Shown in pieces: positions 13,901-28,643 of a stretch of DNA of 64,000 nt. The translations under genes and the position numbers were made by a program. The notes under the pieces are model-generated. The model did not search any database, was not told the origin of the DNA, and was given only the letters and a program-made list of their open reading frames with translations. Every line of letters begins with the position of its first letter. Position 1 is the first letter of the stretch. The stretch covers positions 544,045 through 608,044 of the forward strand of contig NW_005434667.1 in NCBI RefSeq assembly GCF_000315625.1, given 5' to 3'. Origin of the DNA: Guillardia theta CCMP2712 (taxonomy: Eukaryota; Protista; Cryptophyta).

Positions 13901-15661
13901 CGGCTGTGCTCTCAACTTTGACACTTATGCCTTGCAGAGAGTAGGGGATTACAAGAAGGCTCCTTTGAAAGAGCTTGCAGATTCGGATGAGACCTTGAAT
14001 GTGAGCTCTGAGATTTCCTCGTGCGAATAGACTGATTTTGAAATGTTTCGATGAAATCAAGGTTGACCTCTCAGACCTGGCAGACACCAGCAGCCAGAAG
14101 AGCTGGAGGGATTTGATCTCAAGCAAGAATTCCCAACAGGGCAACCCGATGACTCTAGAGCTGATCGTTTCATCGTCCAAAGGAGAACAGGCTGAAGAGA
14201 TGTGCAGAGGAAGGTAATGCGAGGAGCGTGTGGCTGTCGAGGTGGGAGAGCTGAACCTGCGACAGGATGGAATTTGGAGATTGGATAGCTGGGGATGTTG
14301 AGGACCGAGAGGTCAAGGTAGACCTCAAGGGCAAGGTGAGGGCAAGGAGGGGAGCAGTGGAGCGAGGGGAAGAGGAGAAGGAGGAGGAGGAGGAGGAGGA
14401 AGGTGATCCGAAGAACGCAGGACGATCAAGGGATGGGACAAGCAAGAGTGTCGGTGCAGTGCCAGCGTGCGCTGAGGACAGTCGGGATGAGGAGCCAAGA
14501 GCGAAAGGTGGAGGCAGCAACCGAGGCTTCACAGTACGTCTCAGTGAGTCCACCTGACCGGGGGCGGGCGGGTCAGGAAGTAACTCGTTGCTGGCAGTGG
14601 ACTAGGAAAGGTCTCCGTCACGTCCTGTCAGAAGGAGACAAGAGCTCGAACCTGGTCGTCACTGTTGACGTCAGACCTCTCCTCCTTCTCCTGCTATTCG
14701 TCCGAGTTGACAGTCTGGCAGTCCATGGCCTTCAAGGACGGCATGCTGTCCAACAAGTTCGCGAGCAACAAGGGCCCCGTCTTCCTGTCCGTCGACCTCT
14801 TCCAAGACGATCAGCTCTACAGCAAGGTGCTGATCAGACCGTGAAGTCGATCGCGAGCTGAAGTGTTGGTCGGAGAGGAGAGGAGAAAGGAGAGGAGAGG
14901 TTTCCCCATCTTCCCTTCTGATCGGTTCCCTATCGATGGTGGATTGCTGGTGATGGTGATGATGGATGGAATGTAGTGACAGCGATGACGATGACGATTG
15001 CGATGAAAACTTTGAATGTGATCAAGTGATTTTGCTAGGGGAACGACGAGCTCGCCATGCAGGGGACGGATGCTTACTTACTCCAGGTTTCGCAACCTCT
15101 CTTCTCCTGCTCCCCCACCCCACTCCCCTTCCAACTTCCTCCTTACTCTTGGCAGGATCGCATGACGTTCGGGGACAGCTTCCTCTTTCCCACGGGCGAG
15201 AAGTTCGTGAAGAACCGAGAGAGGATGTTGAAGAGGAAGGAGAGCGAGGAGGTGACGGGGGAGGGGGAGGGGGTTGAACGTGCTGACTGCTGGTTGCAGT
15301 TGTCAATTGAATGTCTAATGTATCAAGAACCCTGGAAGGCAGGAACGACGTGCTGTGCTCGAGGTTCAGTTACGCAGAAACGATGGAAGGAGAGCGAGGG
15401 AAAGAAGATTCAGGTTTGCTCAACAAGCTGCTGCTTCTGCTGCTGCTGCTGCGATCAAGGAATATTTATGATCATATTGGTTCACGATAGTCTGATGTGG
15501 AAGTTGTATTTGCCTTGCCCTTGGTCTCGTCCCCCCATCCCTTGTGTCTTGATGACGTTGTCTTACTGATTCTCGCTTGCCAGGTGGAGCTCATGGATGG
15601 GAACGAGGTGGTTGCTGTTGCGAGTGTGGAGGTTTATTACAAGACATGTAATCTTGTGTGA
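7968..15661 (+). CDS. RPGRIP1L: RPGRIP1L/Fantom (MKS5)-like ciliary transition-zone protein: coiled coil, EF-hand-like inserts, multiple C2 domains
   Basis: Long N-terminal coiled coil (7968-9140). C2-C2_1-type segment TFFSIDFFAHETQVTNPVTG...FELEVDDVFLEYVERESIILDL...LGYVVVNIRMKDSIAPLVASYRR, followed by a second C2 (VIVVRCQGLR...PWPYVQY...NPVYED...LEVFVFDD). Many further short exons end at VELMDGNEVVAVASVEVYYKTCNLV* (15661). The distal exon structure is less certain. Confidence 0.75.
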
Positions 15662-15749
15662 TGTTGCAGAATATCAAGTAAATATCAATGACAAATTCTT
15701 CTAATTGGTCGTCTGACATGCGCACGAAGCAAGTCAGTTGCTACTCAAG

Positions 15750-18547
<2,798 letters not shown>

Positions 18548-19603
18548 CTCCTCGGGTTGCGCGAGGAACCTGCTGGTCGTGGAGGTCGAGGTCACTTGCC
18601 GTGCGAGGGCAACGAAACTGAGAGCGAAGAGGAGGAGGAAGAGGAAAGTCTGAAAGTTCACGCGAGGTGGGGAGAGGGATGTTTGACTTGCGAGCAGCAT
18701 GGCAGGGGAGATGTAATCATCGCTGCTCTCCTTCCCTCCTTCCTGATGTAGATCAAATTAATCAACAAAAGTACAGGTTGCAACGCTTCTCCTCTATCCC
18801 ACACGTCCTCCCCTCCTTTCCGTTGCCTTGCCTCCCTTCATCTCCTCCCCTCGCTCTCTCCCTCTCTCCCTCGCCCCCCTGTCCGCCCCCCCTCCCGGTC
18901 TGCCCTCCCTCCCCTCGATTTTGCTCGGCCCCCCTATTAACGTAAATCCGCCCACTCGTTTCCCTCCTGCAACCCTCCATGGCCGTACCCTCCCGCCCCC
19001 TCCTCCTCCTGGCGGCCCTCACGACGCTGCTCCTGTCTTTGTTCGACTGAAAGGCGGAGCGGAGGGTGGAAGGGAGAGCGAAGGGAGGAAGGGAGAGTGA
19101 AGAGGATAATGAAGGACTTGCACTAGAGCTCGGCATTCTTCCTTCGAGGCGCTGGAGGACCAAGGTCCAAGCACGTGGCTCAATGCTCAGCTTACAAACA
19201 TCTCCGGCCTATAGTTGTTTCCGTTGAAGGGAAGCGATTCATACAGGAGCACTCTCTTCCTTACCTCGAACAAGCTCTCCCTTCCTCTCGGCCCACCCCA
19301 TGACACACTCATCACAAAACTCCGTCCTCCTCAAACCTTTGCCCGCAGTCTCTTCGTCAAAGTGGCGATAGATGAATCACAGATGGATCACAGATGTAGA
19401 CGCTGTGAAGCTGAACGGAAGAGATGTACAGAGCACAATCTAACAGCATTCAAATACCCACACCTCACACAGACAAGTATCAAACAAACAACTTCTACCT
19501 TCTTACCAGACAACAGCATTCTCGACTCATCATCTTCTCTTACATTTATTAACACGTTCGCCTCCCAATCTTATTCCCCCTCATCAACGAAGAGAGGTAC
19601 TTC

Positions 19604-22600
19604 TCAATGCACCTGTCCCACTCCAGCAGCTTGCTGACCTATCTCCACATTCCCCAGTGAGGCCTCATCTGGTTGCACGATCTTCTCTTCCTCCCCTCCT
19701 CTTTCCACTGCAATCTCAACATTCTGGTTTCCTACAGGAGCATCGCTCGCCTCCTTGATGGTCTTGAGTTCAGGTTCCATCTTGACAGGTTCGATCCCTT
19801 CCAGGTATCGAGGAGAAACAGAACTCTCTACCCAGAACGTCTGCAGCGCCCACCAGTCAGCCTCCTCGAAACCTCCCGCACAACACGCCTCCTCACCTTC
19901 ATCTCTCCCTTCCCTTTGATTTGGATCGTGCCGCGAGGGACCAGGTGAACTTCCGTCCCCTCTGCCTGTTTCTTGAGCACCTCGGCAGCTCGCTCGGAGC
20001 AGTGGATCTTGAGAGCCTCGGAGTTGGACTCCATGCGCGAAGCTGTGTTCACCGTGTCTCCGAAGAGACAGTATCGCAGGTTCCTCGTCCCCACCACGTT
20101 GGCCACCACTGGCCCGCAGTGGAAGCCGACTCGGATCTGCACGGTGCCCTTGGAAGGATCGTCAAGGTCGACGGGGGTCGACTGCGCAGCCTTGATGGCT
20201 CCGATGGCGAAGCGAGCGATCCTCAAGGCGTGGTCGAAGGGCTGGTCCTCCACCAGGTTGGTCACCGCCATGTACGCATCGCCGATGGTCTCGACCTGGA
20301 GGAGCGCAGCTCTTACTCTCCTCGCACGTGGTCAGGGCAGAGCACTCACCTTGAAGACGCCGTAGGTGCTGGACAAGCGGTCGAAGACCGAGTAGAGCCG
20401 GTCGAGCATGTTGGAGACCTTGACGGGGTCGAGGGTGCTGCTGATGGTTGTGAAGCCGACGATGTCGGAGAAGAAGATGGTGACCATGTCACGGCGCTCA
20501 GGCTCGACCTTGCGACCTTCGCGCAGAGCGTTTGCAACGTGACGCCTGCGAGCAAGGATTGTCATGGCATGAGGTGACAGGCAGCGGGCAGAAGGCAGCA
20601 GAAGAGGAGGAGAGAGCAAACAGGCGATGCTCACGGGAACACGTCGTATAGAAGCTCCTCGTGCGACTTTCCACTAGCATTTGACGGCCTGTGCGGTTGA
20701 TATCCTGATATCAAGCTCGAAATTGGCCCGGCATGCTGAGCATCCAGAGCCTTCAGGCGGCGCTCGACCTCCTCGAAGGGAGGGCGGAAGACAGGGTTCT
20801 TGTGCCAGCAGTCCTTCATGATGCTCACCACGTCCGAGGGACACGCGGGAGGGATGGCAGGACGCTTGTCCACCGGCCGTTTGAGATCGGCCACCTCCTC
20901 CAGCACCGTCCTGGTATCCTCTCCCTCATACGGATCCCTGCGGCTGTACACCTCTGCGAGCACGATGCCGAAGGCATACACGTCGGTCTGCGGAGTGTTG
21001 GTCCCTCCGTTGAGCAGCTCGGGGGCCATCCACAAGGGAGTGCCGCAAGCTCCCAGCTGCTTCTTCTGGCTGAGACCGAAGTCAGCGACCTTGGCTCGGA
21101 ACTTTGAGTCCACCAGGACGTTCTGTGCTTTGAGATCGCCATGGACGATGAGCGGGTCTGCTGCATGAAGGAAGCGCACGCCCTGAGCGATGTCGCGGAG
21201 GATGGGAAGGATTGTCTCCCCCTCGATCACCATGGTCTCGTTGTGGAGCAAGTCGTACAGAGACCCGTGATCCATGCACTCCATGATGAGCATGGGCTCC
21301 GTGTTCCTGTCTCCGATGATCGCGCCCATGACGGTGGTGATGCAGGGGTGGCGGAGCTTGGAGAGGATACGCATTTCTTGGACGAAGTTAGCCTTGAGCT
21401 CGGCGTGCTTGTCCTTCTTGAAGACGCAGAAAGACAGGAGGCCAGATTCCATGTCATCATCATCGTCAGAAGATTTGTTATGAGAACCCGAGCTCAGACC
21501 CATCACAGATCCTGTACCATTGGTAGAGAATCCTTTCAAAGATCCCCGAGTGAAGTGTTTTGACGATCCCGGTCCTGCAGCCATACTAGCATGTGCAGCG
21601 TTAGGAACAACCTGGTTTGTTGAGCTTTTCTTGCGGTCCTTGTTCTTCTTCGGGGGGATCACCCTCTTGACCGCTACTGTCGTTCCTCTGTACTCAGCTT
21701 GCACAACAAGTCCGAAGGTGCCACGTCCAAGGATCTCGACGGGGTTGTTGTACTGAAGCTCATCAGGCCTGACCAGCCACAGGGAGTCTTGTTTCCTGAT
21801 CTGATGCTGCAGCCAGAGCCAGACCAAAACCATCAAAACCAAGACAACAGGAACGACGATGACAGGGATGAACCAGGCAAGGCTGAGACAATTAGACCCC
21901 GAACGAACTGAGTAACTGTCACAAACACATTCTCCTTGTGCTGTTGGAATATGATGAGTGCCGTACTCAGCCACGCAGTCACGACTTTTGACTTCAATGA
22001 AAAGCGGGGACTGTGATATCTGCACGCCGTCTGCGAAGATTTCCACCAGCCATTGACCCTTTTCCGCAATGTCCAGCGACAACCTGTACTGATAGCTGCC
22101 CAGCGCCTCTGCCGTGCCCTCCTGGATAGTCAAGGTGTGAAGCTTGAAGCTGACGTTCAGGTTAGCTCTCTGAAGGTTGTCCAGCACCCTGCAATCCTTC
22201 TCAGTGATGACTCATCTCTACTCTCCCTCTTTCTCATCGTATCTCTCCCTTCCCCCTCCCCTTCAATCCCCTCCCTCCTCCCACCCCTCCTCCCTGGCTG
22301 GGTCTTGCCATCACCTGAAGATAACCGAAGTCTTCTGCGACGTGATGCCGCACACTGACATCTTGGGACATCCTACCTTGTTCTTGACATATGCTGCAGC
22401 TTGAGTGCTGTTGATTTCCTGGAACACATCCACGTCGAAGGCCTGAGTGCAAGGCTTGCAGACACACTGTGACCCCGACGGACACGTTCGCCCCTGGCTT
22501 GAGCATCCGTCCGCTACATCCTGGGGGCTATTCTTGAAGTATCCTGGGGGACATACGATGGAGTCATAGATCGCTGTACCTCGGATACACTCCATCTGGC

Positions 22601-23783
22601 CCGTGACGGGGTTCTTGGCGATGAAGTCCAGCGACTCTTGCATGTTCCTTAGCTCCATGTACGACAGCGTCGGGATCCATCCCGCTGACCCACTGGCCTT
22701 AGCGGCAGGGTCCGTCGCCTTCATCTCCATCAAAGCTCGTTGCACCTCTCGCTGTAGACACACAATACTCATTAGCTCTCCTCCCCCCCCGACCCCCGCC
22801 CTCCTTTTACCTGCACTAGCCAGTTGACATGATCGAGCGCCGCCACGTTCCACTGGGGATACAAGACCGTCGAAGACTCGAAAGGGTACGGCTGGCCGTT
22901 CTCGTATACCTTGACTGGCGCCAGATACCGGAAATACGACTTCTTCGTCTTACCCTGCCGACACGTACAAGACGTCAGTCCCTTCCAAGGCACAGCTCAG
23001 CACTCGCCCACCTCGCTCTCCATCAGCTCGATCTGGTTGGTGCGTACGAAGCCGACGTCGACCTTCTTTTGGTACACCATGTTGACCACAGTACCTTGGT
23101 TGGACGTGAAGACCAGCTGGGCAGGGTCTTGGATGTAGTTCAGGCCGTTGTCGACCATGACGCGGAACTGCGCTTGCCCCGACCCCAGCCCGGATATCGA
23201 AGCCGCCGCAACTGCACAAAACAACAGTCTGTCAGCCCAGCATGTCACGTCGGCGATGCGTCAGGCGGCAGCCCTTACTTGACTTGTCCTTGAGGTCTGC
23301 GATGGTTTTGATGTCCGTCCTGTCGGCTCGGACGAAGATGACGCCTCCAAACAGGGTGAAGTCGTACGTCTTGTCGCCAAGCTTCTGCGCTCCTATCTGG
23401 CTTACCAAGGACGAGGCTCCGTACTGAGACTCGATGCAGGAGTAGGCAGACGGGTTGACGTAGATGAAGTCGACGAACTTGGTCTCTACCCACGTGTAGA
23501 GGGTGGTGAAGTTCAGAGGTACCATGGTGAAGCTGATCTTAGGATAGAAGACGTCTCCGAGCTTCCTGTTGAGGTACTCTCCGAAGGTGAGGTTGAACTG
23601 CTCGTAGGCAGCATCGACGCCTCGGATAGCGAGCACGCCTACTTTATAGGAGTACTGTGTGACTGTACTTGGGAGGGTGACGTTAGGAGCTGGGCAGGAG
23701 GAGGCGTCGACAGTAGTATAAGGAAAGAGAACGGTCAGGGCGAGAAGGAAGAGGGGAAGTAATCGAGGAGAAGGAAGAACCAT
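19604..23783 (-). CDS. Receptor kinase-guanylyl cyclase A: signal peptide, PBP2 (phosphonate-binding-like) sensor, Cys-rich/Ig-like region, TM, TKL kinase, class III cyclase
   Basis: Sensor motifs KVGVLAIRG...FTMVPLNF...[26 protein letters not shown] and [37 protein letters not shown]. Kinase motifs [30 protein letters not shown]. Cyclase motifs [39 protein letters not shown]. The last exon ends ...VGQVH* at 19604. Confidence 0.9.
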
Positions 23784-24812
23784 TCTTGTCTTCGCGATGC
23801 ACCCAGAAATTCAGGTATGACTCATCATGGCAAGGAATATTAAGGTGCGACGGGCAGAGGAGAACCTAAGAATCAATGTCAGGATTCATACCCGCAAATG
23901 GATTCTTCAACTGGCTCCTATTATAAACAACTTGGTTTTCACTGGCACTAATGCCAAAAATGCCCATACTGTGAGAGGGGGAACTCGAGATGGAAGGGTC
24001 ATCGATTCCACGATCGAAAGGAATGGTATGTTTGAACGATGAGGAGGGGATAAAACTTGAGGACACAAGTAGACGGAGCAGGAGGCATTCAAAAGCTGTC
24101 TGCCTGCAGCAACTACATTGATCGCTACCACAGCCCTGTTGCTCGCATCAGCAGGGTGAAGGGGGTAAAGTTGGAAGGAGGGGGTAGTCCATTGAGGCGG
24201 TAGATTCCTAACTAGAGAGGACCGGGTCCAAGCTGTATGAAACAGGGGTGGTCCAGGCGAAGTAATAGATTTGGAGTAGGATATGGGTACAAGAGGTCTA
24301 ATTAGAGAGGGGACGGGGTCAGTGGGGTAGGGCTACTTCCGAGGCTTCGTGCGTTAGTCAGTGACCAGGAGAGGCGGGGGATACTTGTTTCATTCGAGTG
24401 AATAAATTCTTCTCGCATATTTGAATAATTCAGCAGAATTTTCAATGGTTGCGTTTGTATATTCAAGTGTATCCACGGAAAGGCCTGAGATGAGGGTGGT
24501 CAGTAGGTCCGTCCTGCACCATGAACTACCACCCGGTGGGATATATGGGTTTGTCTGGCCATTAGTTGGGGTGGGTCCTGTCATCCGAGCCCGGCCCGCG
24601 TATAAGTGCATTGTAGCCCGGCCGGCACTGGCGGGGGAATCATCGGATCATTGGGAGGTAGACCCCCCTCCTACCACGTAACTTACTAGTAAGAATGGGG
24701 GTGCCTGGCAGCCTCTCTTTCGGAACTGAAATTGAGTAAAGAAACCAACTGAGGGGACTCGGAAGCGGCCGAACCCCCTGCCCGACCTATACTTCCATTA
24801 TCAGTTTACCAC

Positions 24813-24965
24813 TCCTCCTCCTCCTCCTCCTCCTCCCACCTCCCTCCTTCCTACCTGCCCCCGCCTCCTCCCTCCTCCCTCCTCCCTCCTCCCTCCTCCC
24901 TCCTCCCTCCTCCCTCCTCCTTCCTTCCTCCCTGCCCCAACATTCCACCTCCTCCCTCCTCCTCC
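24813..24965 (+). repeat. Polypyrimidine (CCT/CCTC)n microsatellite
   Basis: Directly visible. Confidence 0.85.
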
Positions 24966-26609
24966 CTCCCCATCTCCTCCACTCACCCAATACCCTTCCC
25001 CCCGTCCTCACCTCTCCCCTTCCTCCCTCACTCCCAACACCTCTTCTGCCCTCCTATCTCTCTCCATTATCCTTGCTTCCTGTCTCCCCGGCTCCTGCCC
25101 TCTTCTGTTCCAGGCTCTTGTCCTCAAGGCGTCGGCAGCAGCTGCTTTCCTATGTTTCCTCTCTCTCGTGTCCGATACCCTTCTGTGTTTTCGTCAGAGA
25201 AAGCAGCACGAAAACTATCCGCCTCCTCCTCAACGCTCGCCAGTAAATCTGCTGCTGCAACTTCGCACCCATCGAGCGTCAACTTTCGATGAGAGCCTTG
25301 GCGTTCAAGCACACGAACGGCAGGAGCATCGAATCCCTGGCGGAAGACAGCCACATCCACATAGCAGCGCTGAAACGACGTGGAGGCATGATTACACTCG
25401 CAACTCCTCCTCCTGACGCTTTCTTGCAGAAACTCTCGCACCTGATTTCTCAAGGATAGGACGTGAATGCCCGTATCCGCTCCACCGACACGCCGGTGCT
25501 GCTCGCTACCTCGCTGGAAAATGTTGCTTGCGGTTGATGCTATTGCTGCTTTGCCTGTTCACAGGATGATGATGATGATGATGATAAAGAACAATTTTGG
25601 TAATTCTCTACAGTGACTTTCTCATGTCCCTGTAGTCCGCCTTCATTTCTTGCCATCAGTGTTCAAGCTTCTCCATAACATTCCGTGCCTTGCAAAAGTT
25701 TTGCCGCATCCTTTTCTTGCGGATAAATTCCGGTTTCAACTTCTTCAAGGGGCATATCTTTCTTGCTATTCCATTCTCCTCAAATTGTTCCCCACAGTTC
25801 CAACTGGAACGGTAGGAGGGAGGAAGGGGAGGAGCCACAGGTTCTTACAATCAACCTTCTGCACGAAAGCGTAATTTTCAAGAACCGTACAGATCTCATC
25901 TGTGTCCCACTTAAACAAATCTCGTAAGTAGAACTGGTGCGTCCGTGCCGACACGTGACACCCAGGTCATGTCCGACATGCCCAGTGCCGACTCCAAGGT
26001 CCGACCGTCATGCCTCCGGGTCTATCACATCCACTTGTAACTTGTGTGCTTCTCCTGTGACATTTGTAAAAAACTGTCGTAACCATGACTGAATTTGTTT
26101 AAGCTCTCGATAATTTCATACCGTGGCATCATGGCAAAGCCGCGACTGCGGCAGTCAGTCACAAGTTCAAGTGACAGTAGTGCACCGTACTATCATGAGT
26201 CATTTGAGTCCGATCAGGACTCCGGGAGTCCCGGCCGGCCGGCCGCCGGCCCGGCGGCGGCGGGCCGCCAGCCGCCGAGTCTTTCGTTTGCCTCGTGCTA
26301 GGCCTTTCTAGGGCTCTCTCCTAGCACTTGGGGGGTAGGGGCAAAGGCTATGGTCCTAGAGTATGTATGCCGTAGCTCCCTAGCACTAGCTAGGCGCCTC
26401 CTGCATGTCGCTCGGTACCCGGTTGGGAGCGGGCGGAGAAATCAGACAGCAGAGCGAAGGAAAGGCCGGGATTCATCGGAAGAAGGATAGATCGTGAACG
26501 AGTGCGGGACGAAGCAAGAGCAGAGAGGAAATCAGTGGGCAAGAGGGCTGTCTCCTCAAACAGCGGCCATCAGTGAGGACCGGCGCGGTGCAGTTCTCCA
26601 GAGTAGGAG

Positions 26610-26867
26610 ATGTATGAATCGACCACAACATCGATTCCAACCCGATTAAAGCAGCACAGTCTTGCTAACCACGGAATGCTTCCAGACAAAGACGATGTTC
26701 AAGAACTTGTGATTTATCTCACCCTGCTTTTCATTGTGCTCTCATGGATGCTTCGAGAGATACACATAGCCTTTTTCACGGAAGATTCTGAAACGCCATA
26801 TAGACGAGACCCTCGGAGCGATGAAAACTCTGGAAACCCTCCATCAACTACAAACAGCGATTGTTAA
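26610..26867 (+). CDS. Possible small single-TM hypothetical protein (85 aa)
   Basis: ATG-started ORF with one hydrophobic stretch (LVIYLTLLFIVLSWML), downstream of a GC island. No family recognised. Confidence 0.25.
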   Translation: MYESTTTSIPTRLKQHSLANHGMLPDKDDVQELVIYLTLLFIVLSWMLREIHIAFFTEDSETPYRRDPRSDENSGNPPSTTNSDC

Positions 26868-28643
26868 TGGGACGAACTAGAATGTTATTGAGAAGACCCT
26901 TGTTGAACTACTGACTCCACCGCCCCCCCCCCCCCCCCCCCCCCTCCGCAACCCTCGATGATTGGGATGATGACTGGGATATCAGCATTGACATCTTTTT
27001 CAATTCTTTGGATTTGGTTTCCATCAGAGAATCATGTTTATGAACGAGATTGGCTGAAAAAAAATCTTTCATCTAAACGGACTGATACCTTCAAGCAAAT
27101 CGTGCTGCGGGAAAGCAGCTTGCTTCACTTTTTGATAGGTTACTTGTTTCCAATTTGGATTGCATCATTGAGTGAATTATTCTGCTCTTGTGACACCTAG
27201 CAGCCATGCCTATCCTCCTGGAGTAACTTGATTTACTTCAGACCGATTACTTGATCATGTGTTTTCACTCTCAAGGCAGGCGAACAGAGCAAACCTTGCT
27301 GTTCAGTTCCGCTGGCCATGGATGTTTCTAGATCGATCCCGCCACATATTTGCTTGCCTCATCTGAATTTCTCGTCTGATTCAGCTGCTTGGTGTCTGCT
27401 TTCATCTTCTGTCTACGATCGGCCTGTTCCTCTCCATATTTCGATTTCCTGTGCTGAATACCTCGACTCCCCCGACTCAAGATGATCGATCATCTTGCTA
27501 AGTTGCAAGTTCGCATGCTCATTCATAGTCACGTCCGCCTTCACGCAAGTGTAATTTAGAAATCAGTATGAGGACAATCAGGACTAGCACTGCGGCACTC
27601 AACATTTACTCAAAGTTAAGTTAAAAATCAGTACGAGGACAATCAAAAGTTCCGGCACACAGGGGGCTCAGGCTGCGTATGACGCATTATTATTACTTTA
27701 CTTTGAGTAAAGAACTGAAGAATGATTATTATTATCTATTGTTCTTTTATGGTCTATTGAGCGCGTCGAGGTTCAAGACGGTACCACCGCAATACTCGAA
27801 TTGTTCTGGTAGACCAGGCAGGGGGTCTTGCTATATGTCAATGAGGGGTGGTGGAGGATACCTCACCATATACTATAAATCTTTCAATAAATTTTATTGT
27901 CATCTTCGTCCCCACGATATCTTTCACCCTGTCAGCATCCGCCGCAACACCCTACCCCCTCCTATATCACGTGATACTAGAACCCTACCTCCTCCTTGCC
28001 TAGTATGGTACCCCACCCATTCTACTTCAGTGATATCCTGGCAATACCTCCACCCCACCCTTCCCTTGAACGGGCTCACGAAGAACCCCCTCTTTGGCCT
28101 ACATTGTTCTGAAGAACCACCCCTACTTTGAGTGACCCCTTACCGCACCCCTCCTACCCCACCGAGTGTGCTATCCATTGTTGCTGGTCCCTCCATGGTC
28201 CCAGACGCCCCGCAGAAAGGCGGCCAAGGCGCGGAGTACGGATGTAGAGAAGGGAGCATGAGAGAAGGAATGGAGATGGAAAGACTCGCACAGGATAGTG
28301 CTGCAGTAGTAGACTCAGACGAGTTTTCAACAGCTAGCCTCCATGATTGAAACCAGAATGTGACTGGAGTTCGGGTTGTTACATTCGAGGAAATCTTGAG
28401 GCAGGCGGGGAGAAAAGACGTGATTGTTAGGCAGAGGGCATGAAAACGTGATGTAATAGAAATGCTGTGAATTCTCCTTATGAGTGATCGGCTAAGTCTC
28501 TCTGTAGATAACTCACGGGTTCTTGATTGTTTCCTTGGCAGGATAGGGACCACAGATTCAACTCCATCAAACATGCGTTGTGACGAATAAGAGACGATTC
28601 TCCGAGATTCAAGTGATCGTCAAGTGAAAGGATTCAGGGAAGG

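Noticed and set aside
27560-27645. Direct repeat as a CRISPR-like array
   Set aside because: Only two copies, eukaryotic context, no cas genes.
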